Assembly (NCBI GenBank): GCA_951804945.1
Contig: OX638153.1
Location: 63,550,001-63,614,000 of the forward strand
Direction of reading: 5' to 3'
Length of the DNA: 64,000 bases
Origin: Podarcis cretensis
Taxonomy: Eukaryota
Shown one piece after another: positions 44,651-56,902 of the stretch. Each line of letters starts with the position of its first letter. Positions within the stretch are counted from its first letter, which is position 1. The notes beneath the pieces were generated by a model. The model searched no databases. It was not told the DNA's origin and saw only the letters and a list, made by a program, of their open reading frames with translations. Position numbers and translations under genes: made by a program.

Positions 44651-46438
44651 CACCGACCATTGGTCATGCTGGCTCAGTCAGATGGGAGCTATGGCCCACA
44701 ACAGGCACCACATTGGCTATTCCTGATTTAGCTGCTTCTTTTCTCAGCCAACTTAGATGCCCTCCACCCCACCATCTGGCTGGCATCGTGCTGTCTACAA
44801 TATAACCACTGAGGTCCTGATCCAAGTCTATTTAGGCAAGTATGTCTAAAGCTCTAATGAGCTTAGAAGGTGCCCCTGAGTGCCCATGAATAGGAGTGCT
44901 TTTCAAGTTTTTACAGCTCTGTGAAAGGAAAAACCAACAGGCAATTATGTAAAAAATTACTTTAGAAAAGATGGAAAGTACATTAATCTCAGACATCAAG
45001 GTCACCAAAGAGCTTCTAGGATATATGCTGAAGAAATATGAAAGGTGCTCTGGTGACTGAGATAAAGGGCGGTCAGAGACATGCATCTTTTTCCATCCAC
45101 ACTGTAGTATAAATGCCAAGTTGTCACTTATTTGTTGCACAAGCTCTAGACATCTTTCCTCAAGGAAGCGTATCCTTTTATGGATTTTTGTTAACCTACA
45201 TACAGTACCACCATCTCATAACAGCCCTCAAGGTGGTTGCCAACAGTTAAAATATAAGAAGTGAGATAAAACAGTAAATACACCAATAAATAAAACACAG
45301 TAAAGTTTATAAATCAGTGCAAATGACACAAGAAAAAGACCACAAGAATGGAAGCCCAGCTGCATTCAGGTACTACATAATTAAGCACCATAAAAAGCAT
45401 AATTAGGCATTTCATGGTAATGGATAGTTTAGTTGCCTCCCTTAAGTCCATAGAAAGGACACCAAGGGCCATATGACCAGATCACAACAGGGGACAAAGC
45501 TCACAAACACAAAAGTTATTTCTCAAGTATGCCAAGTCCTGACAATTTCTGACTTTATGGGTTTTTTTAAAAAAAATCAGAACTTTGATTTGTGTGCCCA
45601 GAAGTTTAATTGTAGCCAGTACAAGTGTACTTGTGCAATATTGTATCAGTCAACAACAAATAGAAAACTCTTGCTATGAGGCTACAGATGACAGAAAATA
45701 ATAAAAATAAATAAACTCAGCAGCTGCAAATTGTCCAAAGTAAAACTTCTAAGCAGTGGCAACTCCAGTAAGAGTGAAATTTGTTGTGGTAATTAATCTA
45801 GAGATTACCAGATCATGGCTAATTCTGGCCAAATCCCAATTCTTTAGGAGAGAGTACAAAAGACTAAGAACAGTTACAAGCTGCAACTATGGTCTTCGGG
45901 AAAGTATGGTCCCATCTATAATATTTAAGTCTTGTTAGTTACCAAGTTATAATAATCTCCATCTTGTTTTAAATTTGTCCATCCTCACTCAGCTACTGCA
46001 TTTTCCCCAAACTCATTTGTTCCATTCTTGTGATTTTTACCTTGCATTATATATATATATGCCATTTATCAATTGCTAATGAGTGGTGTGGGTAATGTAG
46101 TTGCCTAGGTAATCATGGGCATCTGCGGCCCATGTTATTAAGACACACAGATAAGAGTGAAAAACAAGGTGTTGTTGTTGTTGTTTAAATTTATATACCA
46201 CCCTTCACCTGAAGATCACAAGGCAGTTTACAACATGAAAACACAAAATACATAATAAACTAGCAAAAACAAAACAAAGCTCCCAGATACATAATGTTGT
46301 AACTCAAAAGTTTGTTTTGTTTGTTTTTATTTATTTAGAAACTTTTAAAATTTGCATAGTTCTTTCTGAAGACTGGATGTTGCACTAGCACCAATGGAGC
46401 CAATTGCAAAGTAAATTTATTTTACCAGGATTAATATA

Positions 46439-46656
46439 CAGAGGTGCCTTGGTTTTCAACATTTCCGTTGACAAACATTTCGGAACTCAAAGGCTGAAAA
46501 CCCAGAAGTAAATGCTTCCATTTTTGAATGCGCCTCAGAAGTCGAACAGCTTCCACTGAGTGTTTCTCAATTAAATTTGCAGGCCGCCCTTTGTGCCTTG
46601 GTTTTCAAACGTTTCACAACTTAAATGGATTCCTTTCTAAAACTGAGATGCCACTG
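46439..46656. mobile_element. Tigger/pogo-like MITE
   Basis: TA|CAGAGGTGCCTTGGTTTT ... AAAACTGAGATGCCACTG|TA; degenerate TIRs. Confidence 0.65.
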
Positions 46657-47199
46657 TACTGCTTAATCATCAAAACCTCTAAGTAAATGGGTACAGGATA
46701 GGCATATAATGGCTAGAATTTTTGTGTGCCTGATGGATCTACAAACTGAGCTAGAACAGTATATTTCAAAGAGTTTTAGTGCAATGTTCCTCACTCAAGT
46801 ATAACTGCTTATGAAGTCTAGCTTTATTTGTTGGATATTATTGTTCCTGCCCAGATTATCTGAGGTATAGACTCAGACTGACAAGCTTTGCCCTGGGCGG
46901 GTTGCAATCTCTCAGCCTAGTCTACTTTACAGGGTCGCTGTGAGGATAAAATTGGAGTGGAAGAAACCGCACGTGCTACTTTTAGTTCCTTAGAGGAAAG
47001 ACAAGATAGAAGCAAAACTCATAAAAAAATAGTTTCAATATACATACATACCACCTTAACCCACACCGGGGTCAAACATACAAACCGCACAGGGTCGCTT
47101 TAGCATTTCAAAAAAGGGGGGCCTAAGCTCCATGTATGCTACTTTTGAGGTTCTTGGCTAGAAAAAAAACGTAGGAGCGATAATAACAATTAATTTGAG

Positions 47200-47770
47200 G
47201 AACAGGCGAGCGCCGTCAACCGCTGCATTCCTATTTCAGTTGACGCGCACGCGCAGAGCGCAACGCCGCCAAAAGGTACTAACGGTCTCCCCGGCGACTC
47301 CGCCCACTCATCTGACTCCACCCCTCGAGGTCCAGAGCCGCGACTAACTCCGCCCCCTGCAAATCGTTTGGCTCAGGCTCGCGCTGCTGGGTGAAGAGGG
47401 CGAGGGGCGGGGCAGGCAGTTTAAGCCCCGCCCCGGCCCAGCGTGCCGGCTCCGCCGTGAGCGGTATGGAGGCGAAGGCGTCTGCGCCTGCGCCCGGGCC
47501 CGCTCTTGGAAACGCGTCGGAAGCTGGCGAGCGGGCCTTGGCGACCCGGCCCGGGAAGGCCGGCGACCCCGCTGCCGCCATGAAACTGACCCGTAAGGTG
47601 GTCCTGTCTCGGGCAAAGGCCACCGACCTCAGCGGCGTCCGCAAGCTGAACTGCTGGTACGGGGAGAGAGGCCAGCGCTCACCTGGCGGCGGAGCTGGGA
47701 GGGAGGAGCCGCATTGCAAACCGGGGTGGAAGAGGGGTCCGCGGCTGACCGGCTGGGGAACGGAAGATCC
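47200..47770 (+). promoter_or_regulatory. CFAP410 CpG-island promoter
   Basis: GC box GGGGCGGGGC 47404-47413; NRF1-like GCGCACGCGCA 47245-47255; X-box-like GTCTCCCCGGCGAC 47285-47298. Confidence 0.8.
47580..47656 (+). CDS. CFAP410: CFAP410 exon 1
   Basis: gccgccATG; donor TG|gtacgg; 77 nt. Confidence 0.93.
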
Positions 47771-50700
47771 GGGAGTTAGAATAATGGCACCATAGAATTG
47801 TGGAGTTGGGAGGGACCCTAGGATCATCTAGTCCAGCCCCTGCAATGCCGGAATCTCACCACGCGGTCGAAACACAAAATAAAGATGCTAAAACCGGTCC
47901 ATTCTCCCTCCCCTCCCCTGTTGTGTTGCTGCACCTGATAGCGTTGCTACGGTTTCCTCCTGGCCAGTGAATCTTTTGGCAGCATACCTGGCACAAATCA
48001 ACAGGTGGTTTGCCCCCAGCAGATGCAGCATTGGGGAAAGCTTCGCCAGCAAATTGATTTTCTGGAAGTTGGAGTCCAACAGCAACATCTGGAGCAGTGT
48101 TTCCCAACCTTGTGCCTCCAGCTGTTTTGAACTACAACTCCCATCATCCCTGACTAGCAAGACCAGTGGCAAGGGATGATGGGAACTGTAGTCCAAAAAC
48201 AGCTGGAGGCACAAGGTTGGGAAACACTGATCTGGAGGACGCATCCAGAGATTGCTTGCACTGTTTTCAGTAATCTGGCTCCTTTTCCATTGGGACGTTT
48301 GCAACATCCCTGCATACGTAGCCTTGTATGTGCAAAGCAAATTCTCCACTGGTTTCGGATTGTGTGGAGAGGTGCTCATGAACATATAATTGTAGACGCA
48401 CTGCAGAGGTGTAGAAATACATGTGTACAGCTATATTTGTACACGGGCTGAGGAAGAGCTTGTCATTGCAGTGCCGCTCGACACACTTCCATTGAATGCT
48501 CGTAAAGGCCTTTAAGTGTGTCTCTTTCACAAGTGGCTTTCCTTTGCTTTCTATAAATACTGTTTCAGCCTTTTAAGTGCATGATCTGTTTCACCTATTA
48601 AAAAGATTGTTTTTCTCTTTTAGGGGCAGCCGCATCTCAGATGTAAGTGTTGTTCCTAACTTTCTAAAAAAAGCAATGAATTGGCATGGTGTTTGCCATT
48701 GTTGTTTTAAAGGATAGAAGCAGAGAATTTGGATGCCCCCCTTGTATACCTTACTTGTTGAACAGTCGGTGTATCTCAAAATTTTTGCTTTCTGCTTGTC
48801 TTTAGTAGCTAATTTCCGTATAGTGAGAGAATGCATAGAATCCAGTTTTCTCCTGCCTGTTTTAGTTATTGGAAAAGGGAAATGCTCCAGTCCTCCTATG
48901 ATTAGTAGATATGGCAAGGTCTTCATATCAGTTATAGCACTTGCATTTTCCCAGCAGAAGAAGGAATGGGGTCAAGATTTGTTCTTACCCGTTCCTTGTT
49001 GAAATCAAACAGAGAGAGACCAGCTCCAAGGAGGAAGCAGAAGTTAATAACTTGATCCTTTTTGCTTCTTTCTATAACTATACTTCTATACTAGAAATAT
49101 ACTAAAAATAAGGAGGTGATGAGGTGGCTTTACAGTAGCTTGGCACAAGTATCAGCAGCCACTATTTCATGCAGGAATTGTCAGTAAGTATGAAACAAAA
49201 GAGCTGTCTGGCTTCCTTGAGATGCCGCCTCTCTGTGCTTTGTCTTGGCCTAGCTTTCACGGCCAACAGGGAATTACGGTATTGACATGATGGCTGTAAT
49301 GGACCCAGAGCCTTCACTGCCTGTACTGATCTCCATTAAGGGGTATAGCTCATGGGTAGAGTACATGCTTTTGCATTCAGAAGGTTCCAGGCTTGATCCT
49401 TGGCGCTTCAACTTAAAATGATTACTGGCAGGAAAAGATCAGAGTGATCACAGTCTTAAGACCCTAGGAAGCTACTGTTGTCAGAAAAGAGATACTAATC
49501 TTTTGTAAGTAATTTGGAAGCAGAGCACCCTGCCTTGACACAGGTGACCTTTCCAGCCCTGTAGTCCTGGGATTTATTTATTTTTAAAAATATTGGTTGA
49601 TTCAGAGTTCTTTGGCCCTAAGTTAAATAAATGGTTGCAAAACAAAACTTCCAATATTAGTGCCTAAAATTTCTAACAGGCTTACTGGGTCAGTTAGCAA
49701 GCTACATGCTTCTTCCCTTCCCCACCAACAAGAGACTGCTAAAGTTTGCTAAAGCTTCTTTTCTGCTTGATTCTCTTTTTCTAGATTTCTATCTGCCGTG
49801 AGCTTCCCAACATTGAGGTAATCACGTTCAGGTATGTGTTGGAGTCTCTTAAAAGGTAATTGTTGGCTTAACAAATCAAGCCAGGGGAAATAAAAATCTC
49901 CCTTCTGAGGATGAATAGGACTCTCCCTTGAAAACCTAACCAGTCCAGGCTATTTACCTGCTACCATGTTGAGAATGCGTAGCATTTTGACTCTTTTCCT
50001 TCATCTTCTTACCTTGATTGGTTGTTGGGTTGCCTGCCTTCTGCCACACGCTCTTTGTATCTCTTTCATACTTGCCATCAATTCTTCTTGGAACAGATGT
50101 TATGAAACTAAATAATGCCCGCCTTCCTTCTGTATAATAGAATAATTTGCTTGTACCACTGTGAATATGAGCACCAGCTTAAAAATAAACTTAGATATAT
50201 AGGATTTGAGATGTGCAGCACTGTACTAGCTAACAGTAAATAATTGTTGATGACCATTCTACGTACTTTAATTTTGGGTTTCCTACATGTACGGGTAAAA
50301 AGAGGGGATAGGCTTACATACAACACTCTGAACTCTTTTTAAAATTATTATTATAATATTTATATTTATATACCCGCAGGTCTCAAAGCAGGTGACAGAA
50401 TAAAATCAAAATATAAAACCACAAAATACATAATCAAAATAAAACAACAACCCAGTAACACCCCCCTAAAAAACCCCCCACATTTTATGAGCGCATAGGA
50501 TTTCAATCAAATCAACTGTTACAGATGCTGACCATAAGAAAGACCTATGTGGGAATATTTAAAATATATTTGAAAGAGAGTGTGTGTGTTGGTTTTTTTT
50601 TTAAGGAAACCATGCAAAATATAGACAGTGTGATAAAGAGATGCAAGACTTGGTTGTAAGAAAGTTGTGGACAGCCCTGAGATCTATGAATGAAGAGTGG

Positions 50701-53700
50701 TATACAAATTTAATAAATGAATAAAACTAAATAAAACAGTAATATAAACAATACTGTCTTTGGTTGTAAATTAGCGTGATCTCCAAGCCCCATGTCTATT
50801 TTGCTGGAGGGGGTTTGGGTGCAGCAGAGATGTCCCTCCAGCCAGCTCTGCCTGGCTACACCATCTTCTGTCATTGAGGGAGCTCGTGGCATTGGTGGGG
50901 AAGCCCCACTGTCAAGGAGCTGCTACCTAATGTGGCTGCCCAGATGGTGGGTTGTACCAGCAGGACCTAAGCCAGTGGTAACCAGCAGAAAGGGCAATGG
51001 GAGGGTAGACTTTGAACCAGCACTTGATCTGCTGCATCGTGTGCCAACCATACTGCTGTCATGAGGCTTCATATGTCCCCCTGCCAAGAGACAGGGCAGT
51101 GCTGCAGATAATGTGTATTTCTCACAGGGAATCACAGTCAGATCATGAGCCTTATGTCATGCAAGCCTGATACAGGTGATAACACTTGCCTCTGGTTTCC
51201 AACTTTCCTTTGCTTTCTCCAATAGTGCAAATCACATCTCCAGCCTGGAGCCAATGAACCAGTGCCAGAACTTAACGGAGCTTTATCTCAGGAGGAACAA
51301 TATTGCAAGCCTCCTTGAGCTGTTCCACCTGAAGAAGCTGCCCCGCCTGAGAATCCTCTGGCTCTCTGAGAACCCTTGCTGTGGTCCTGATCCTCATCGC
51401 TATCGGATGACGGTGCTGCGCAACCTTCCAAATCTCCAGAAGCTTGACAATCGGAGTGCGTATTACAGCAAATTGCCCTGCTTCTGTTGGTGTTTTGCAT
51501 TTGCTGATTTAAACTTCTCTTAGGTCTACATGCCGTAAAATGTGGTGGTGGTATAATCCTACCATTGGGGATCCCATTTTCTGAATACTACCCACGTGGG
51601 AAACCCCTTGCAAGTAAAGAACTAGTCCACAAGGGCTCCCTGTGGCAGCCCTAGAGCACTGAGCTCGTCTAACAAAAATGCTCCCTCTGCTTTCTTCCTG
51701 ATATTTGCAGTGGTGACAGAGGAAGAACTGTCCCATTCCCTGCTGGAAGGGGAAGAGATAACGTCTCCCCCAGCCAAATTGGACGTGGAAAACTTCTGCC
51801 AAAACTCCACCACTGAATCCAGTGTAACGGAGTCTACAGCAGAGAATGACAATGAAGTCATGAACTTCACCTTGGAGGAGACAAAGTGAGAAGGGCTCTG
51901 TTTCTTGCTGGTGGTATTTCTTTATTGCGACTTTATTAATACACAAGGGGTGGGGTGGGGGATGGAGACCTGTGCCTCTCTTGCTACGATACAATATCTT
52001 TATTGTCATTGTCCCATACAGAACAATGAAATTGAAAAATCTACATAAGACATTCAAAAACCCCTAAAAACTCTGAAACCCCATTTTAAAATACAATATA
52101 CTCCTATAGAGACTCCTTATACTGCGTTTAAAACCAGAATTGCATTTGGGTAGAAACTGTTTCTCAGGCAGCTAGTCCTGGTCTTTATGAACCTATACTT
52201 TCTTCCAGAAGGCAGAAGTTGAAAGAGATCATTTCCGGGATGCGTATTATCTTGCGCTATCTCTGCAGCTTTCTTATGGCACCTGACAGCATAGATTTGA
52301 TCTAAGGTGGGAAGAGTGCACCCAATTATTCTCTCTGCAGTCTTTACAACCCTGGACAGCATTGTTTTCTCCCTGGCCGTGCAGCTCCCCAAACCACACA
52401 CACAGACCATAAGTTAATACACTCTCCACAGTACAGTGGTATGCTGTTGAATTCCATTTCCCATCAGCCCCAGCTAGCATGGTCAGTCATCCGGGATGAT
52501 GAGAGATGAAACCCAACAACATATCAAGGGCCACAGATTTCCCATCCCTGCTATAGAATGTCCGACTCAGCACAGAGATTCTCCCTCTTCCTGTGTAAAT
52601 TCACATAGTGTGTTATTGTGTGGGACGCCAAGAGCTCATGTCTTGAAATGCTCTTGTGATTTGATCTCTTGTGTCCAGCAGGAGCAGCTATGCTCTGCCA
52701 TTTCCGATAGCGCTGGTGGGTGCTTCCATATGGCTGCTTTACTTATTTCCTTTTTCTCTTCCTTTTATCCTGCCCAGTAAAATCCGTGAGCAGCTTGGGA
52801 TGAAGCCTGTTGCTCCGAGGGAGAAGTTTGTCTCCTTGTGCCCTAGGCAGATGGAGGGGAACCGAAAGAAACGGGTGCGTGTGAGAAACTTTTCCCTCTC
52901 TCAGTACTTCTCTCTGTGTTTTGTGCGTGATGCGCTATGCCACTGCTTTCAGCTAAGCCCTGCTGCGGCGCTCAAGTCAGGAATAGCTTGGTCCTGCTTC
53001 TTTGGAAAGCTGCAGAGTCCTATAGGTAGGGTAAACTGGATATGTGTGAATAATTTGCTGTCCCTGTGCAGCAGCATGTGGCATGAGGGAGAGCTACCCT
53101 CACAACACTAGGGCCATTGCTGAAAACCTGGATGGGGATGGGGCATGGTGGTGGTGAAGTCAGAACTGTGCAGTTGCAGGAGCTTTGGTAGGATGGCAAT
53201 GCTCCCATACAACCCTGATCTTGTTGCCACCCCATAAAGCGAAGCCGCAGCAGTGCCAGTGTCCGGAGGGCAGCTCCACCTCACCATGTGCTGCTGAGTA
53301 GTAGGAAGGAGTTGCTATCTCGCTCTCCCTTGGTAAAGCAGATCTTGGCTACAGGGAAGAAGCGGCTGGCTGGCCTTGCTTCCTCATCCCATGGTTAATT
53401 CTAAGTAACTGATCTGCCCTTGCAGTCTAGGAGGGGAAGGGCAGATTCATATCATAACATAACTGGCAGACTCTCAAAAGGTAGCCTGTTCTGACTCATG
53501 CATTAATTGACCTCATCCTGAGATATTTTGCCTTAAGCAGCAGGAAACCAAGTGCCCCCGTTCAGAGATGCCTGGTCTTGTGGTGTTGTCCTGCAGATGG
53601 GACGGCATTGTTTTCAAGAGCAGTAGTTGCTACAGATTATAAGCAAGGGAGTTCTGCTGCGTGTTTGGGCTTCTCAGACGCATCTTGCTGGCCACTGTGA

Positions 53701-54145
53701 GAACAGTTTGTTGATCAAGACGAGCCTTTGCTCTGATCCAGAAACCTATGTTTGTGTAAGAAAATTGAGAGGGCAAAGTATGGTCAATAATAATAATAAT
53801 AATAATAATAATTTATTATTTATACCCTGCCCATCTGGCTGGGTTTCCCCAGCCACTCTGGGCGGCTCCCAACTGAATATTAAAAACACAACACAGCATT
53901 AAACATTAAAAACTTCCCTAAGCAGGTCAAGTACTAGTAGAGACTAGACTTCAGAAAAGTAGTGAATTTCCTGATCCATTTTTGATCCCTTTGTCTTGTG
54001 TGTCTTGGGGTAACAGAACAACATCCTCAATGCCATCATGATGCTCCTAGAAGAGCTTGATTCAGATGGACTAGAAGTTGTCCATCAAACAACTGGGAAC
54101 AAGCTCCAAGCCTTGCAGAAGAAGGAACTCCATGAGGACCGATAG
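47580..54145 (+). CDS. CFAP410: CFAP410 (C21orf2) LRR ciliary protein, 7 coding exons, 257 aa (gene span)
   Basis: [14 protein letters not shown]...LNCWGS; LRR exon ...[10 protein letters not shown]...LQKLDN; C-terminal [14 protein letters not shown]. Summed CDS is 774 nt with consistent phases. Confidence 0.97.
47790..47870 (-). mobile_element. CR1-type 3' tail fragment
   Basis: catagaattgtggagttgggagggacc...tccagcccctgcaatg. Confidence 0.65.
48095..48229. mobile_element. Palindromic hAT (Charlie-like) MITE
   Basis: TIR CAGTGTTTCCCAACCTTGTGCCTCCAGCTG; perfect TSD atctggag. Confidence 0.92.
48624..48642 (+). CDS. CFAP410: CFAP410 exon 2 (19-nt microexon, GSRISD)
   Basis: ttttag|G...GAT|gtaagt. 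Confidence 0.92.
49339..49490 (+). mobile_element. Decayed tRNA-derived SINE
   Basis: ggggtatagctcatgggtagag A-box-like head; degenerate B-box. Confidence 0.5.
49785..49831 (+). CDS. CFAP410: CFAP410 exon 3 ([16 protein letters not shown])
   Basis: 47 nt. Confidence 0.94.
51226..51455 (+). CDS. CFAP410: CFAP410 exon 4 (LRR/LRRcap)
   Basis: 230 nt. Confidence 0.95.
51711..51885 (+). CDS. CFAP410: CFAP410 exon 5 (VTEEELS...LEET)
   Basis: 175 nt. Confidence 0.92.
51984..52447 (-). mobile_element. Rex1/Babar-type LINE 3' fragment, frameshifted
   Basis: [18 protein letters not shown] / SCTAREK...[17 protein letters not shown]...RNSFYPNAI, typical of the C-terminus after the Rex1/Babar RT; tail gacaatgacaataaa. 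Confidence 0.8.
52778..52874 (+). CDS. CFAP410: CFAP410 exon 6 ([10 protein letters not shown]...RKKR)
   Basis: 97 nt. Confidence 0.92.
53786..53925 (-). mobile_element. Retroposon 3' tail with (AAT)n microsatellite (L2-like)
   Basis: (aat)n then tttataccctgcccatctggctgggtttcccc; same motif at about 7895-7935. Confidence 0.6.
54017..54145 (+). CDS. CFAP410: CFAP410 exon 7 (NNILNAIMM...HEDR*)
   Basis: TAG at 54143-54145. Confidence 0.94.
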   Translation, partial: NNILNAIMMLLEELDSDGLEVVHQTTGNKLQALQKKELHEDR

Positions 54146-56199
54146 CGATTCCGAGGCAGCTGTTTTGTGGATCAGCGGAACTAGCATCACCAGCCCCGGC
54201 TGCTCCATCCCTGTGTTGTTGGGCTTAGTGTGGGGATGTGCTACTGAACACAGGAAGAAACGTCATACATTCCTTGTGCATCATGCACTCGGACCATGCT
54301 GTAAGGCACGCTTTCCTCTGCAATCACAACGTGTGTGCCTGCATCTATGCAACTGCTACCCAGCAACCTGCAAAAGCCTTTGGCAGTGAGGGGCAAACAA
54401 GTGTACACCGAATTACAGCAAGTAGTTGTCACATGGAAAAAGGGGTCGGCATTTGTGGCCCTGCCTTCTCCTTAGTGCCTCCCCAGTAGAAGAAGAAAAT
54501 CACTCCTCGTCTTGCTTCAGTTGTGAATCTGTCAGCCGAAGCTGCTGTTCTGTTAGCATAGTCTTAATACTGGAACACAAATGCCTATGATGCCGCCATC
54601 CTCCTGCGTCCAGGAGCTTCTAATCCTTGATCTCAAGGCCTGATTTACACAAAAACTGAGACATTTTTTTAAAAAAAATCATTGAACTTCAAATTTAGTG
54701 GCAAACTTGTAGGCTTTCTCTTCTCCTTTCCTTCTCTTCTAAATAGTGATTTGGACTTAACAAGAATGTCACCTGTAGTCAGAATTCTGGATTTGTATAA
54801 TGGAACATCTTGTTTCTTACTTGATTAGAATGCGGTCTTGCACCTTTTGGATATTGCCTTGACTTTCTTCTGCCACTTGCTTGCTTAATCTACACAGTAA
54901 CCTAAAAAAAGAGAAAAAGTAAGTTTACTTAGTAGTTGTGACGGAAGGACCAGGGGAAGTGTGGTTAATGGTATATGGTTCAGGAAGTGTATTAAAGTCT
55001 GAATCCAACAACAATACAGACTTTGTCTCTGCTCAATATAGTATCGGCTCCGTTGTGTTTAGTCTGTCAAGCTGCATCAGTGCACAGCAGCACACTTTAA
55101 GTGGATGCTGCTAAGTAAGTTATAGGTAGTGTGTTCTTACTTGTAATAGGAAGCTCTTAACTACAGTATCTAAAAGAATAATATTTTTTCCCTAATAATT
55201 CTGGTTACAAATATGTCTCAACCAAGGGAACTGTTTTCTCTGATTACATATAAAGCACAGATGTGATATTTCTGCACTCCACCTCTGGATAGATGGCACC
55301 AATTGAGAATCGCTTACTTTGTAGTGCTGGTTTTCTCTCCTGCCTTTTTTTCTGTTTCTGTGTCCCTTGGAGTGGATGGATGTTACACAAGTACAAGCAA
55401 GCTCTGAGTTCTCAGCCTCAGAGGTAGGCCCAAAATGCTACTTTTGGCAAGTCGTGGCCACTTTTCCCACACAAGATGTTATATGTGACATCAGGTGCAG
55501 GAAAGTTCAAGCTGTAGTTCCTGAATCTTCCTTTGCAGGCAAAATTCGACACTTTTTGTTTTTGACACCTTTTTCCTCTTCCGCACACCAAATTAAAAAA
55601 GCTGTGGCTTTAGAAAGTGCTCACCCTTCTTCCTCTGCAGTCCTAGGTTGAAGTTACACTCACCTGATCCCATATGACAAGTGGGTGTCCACACCCATCT
55701 GTCAAACTGACCTGTGAAGGGCTGACCCCTTTGGTTCTCCACCCCTGTCGTAAGCAATAAGACTTGTTTGAAGAAGCAGTAGCAATGACTCTCAGGGCAT
55801 GGAGAGGGCAGTATTCACAATGTTTTAAGCCACAGGGGCCAGCCTCTGAATGGCTCTCAGTTTGATAACAACACAACTAGTAAGGAGCTACTTGTGGAAA
55901 AACTGAGCTGAAGGCAAATGTGCCAACTAGCAAAGCCTGAGTAATATTTACCAGCTGAATATTCTCTGAGGAATCCGATTTCTCTTTTGTTGCAGTAGAA
56001 ATCCAACATCTTGTAAAGGATGTAGGTTCATCACAAGAGAGACCATTTGTGAAGTAATACTGGTTTACCCTAATGCAAGTATTTCACTGTATTCAAAGGA
56101 ATGCTTAGCATAATTACGTAATACAATTAGCTGTTAGATAGCCACTACCAAACACAACTACCAAAATCATAATGCCCCTGTCATAATCATAACAAATCT

Positions 56200-56380
56200 A
56201 TTATAGGCCCATAGTTGGAATACGATGTCCGGTTCTGGATAAATAATATTATAAGGCTGGAAAAGATGCAGAAAGGGGCAACCAAAATGACCAAGGAACT
56301 ACAGCAACTCCCCTATGAGAAAGGTTCCAAAGTGGGACCTTTTTTTTTTTAAAAAAAAAGGCAAGTAGGTAGGGACATGA
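56200..56380 (+). mobile_element. Old CR1 fragment
   Basis: ggaaaagatgcagaaaggggcaaccaaaatgaccaagg resembles the CR1 at 44200. Confidence 0.6.
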
Positions 56381-56763
56381 GTGGGGTACCAGCTCAAGCT
56401 GGTAAAAGATGATGCTAGCCGCTGTAGCTACTTGACTTACAGTGACAAGGATGGATCAAGGAGCACCTCTACAAGTGCAACCCTGGCCAGAACATGCATT
56501 ATTGCCCAGTTCCTGGATCCACAAGATTTGTCTTGTAAGGATATGGCTTCTTGGTCTTCATCACTGCTTCAAGGCGCTGGTCCAGACCTTGCATGGCACC
56601 TCCTGATTTGGGTACAACAGAGAAACAGCTGAGTATCATCAGTGTACTGGTGACAGCATGCTCCAAACCTCCTATATGCCAAATAATATTGGCATGTATG
56701 GACTTACAAGTCTGTAATCCTCTGGCACTTACTTAGGAATATACAACTCTGAAGGAACGAGAT

Positions 56764-56902
56764 CAGTGTTTCCCAAACCTGGGTCTCCAGCTGTTTTTAG
56801 ACTACAATTCCCATCATCGCTGACCACTGGTCCTGCTATAGCTAGGAATGATGGGAGTTGTAGTCCCAAAACTATCTGGAGACCCAAGTTTGGGAAACAC
56901 TG
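56764..56902. mobile_element. Palindromic hAT (Charlie-like) MITE
   Basis: TIR CAGTGTTTCCCAAAC; TSD aacgagat/aactagat. Confidence 0.9.

Noticed and set aside
47279-47827. 182-aa minus-strand ORF over the CFAP410 promoter
   Set aside because: Typical CpG-island antisense shadow ORF with no recognisable domain.
51509-52057. 182-aa minus-strand ORF
   Set aside because: Antisense to CFAP410 exon 5 and running out of a LINE tail; no homology recognised.
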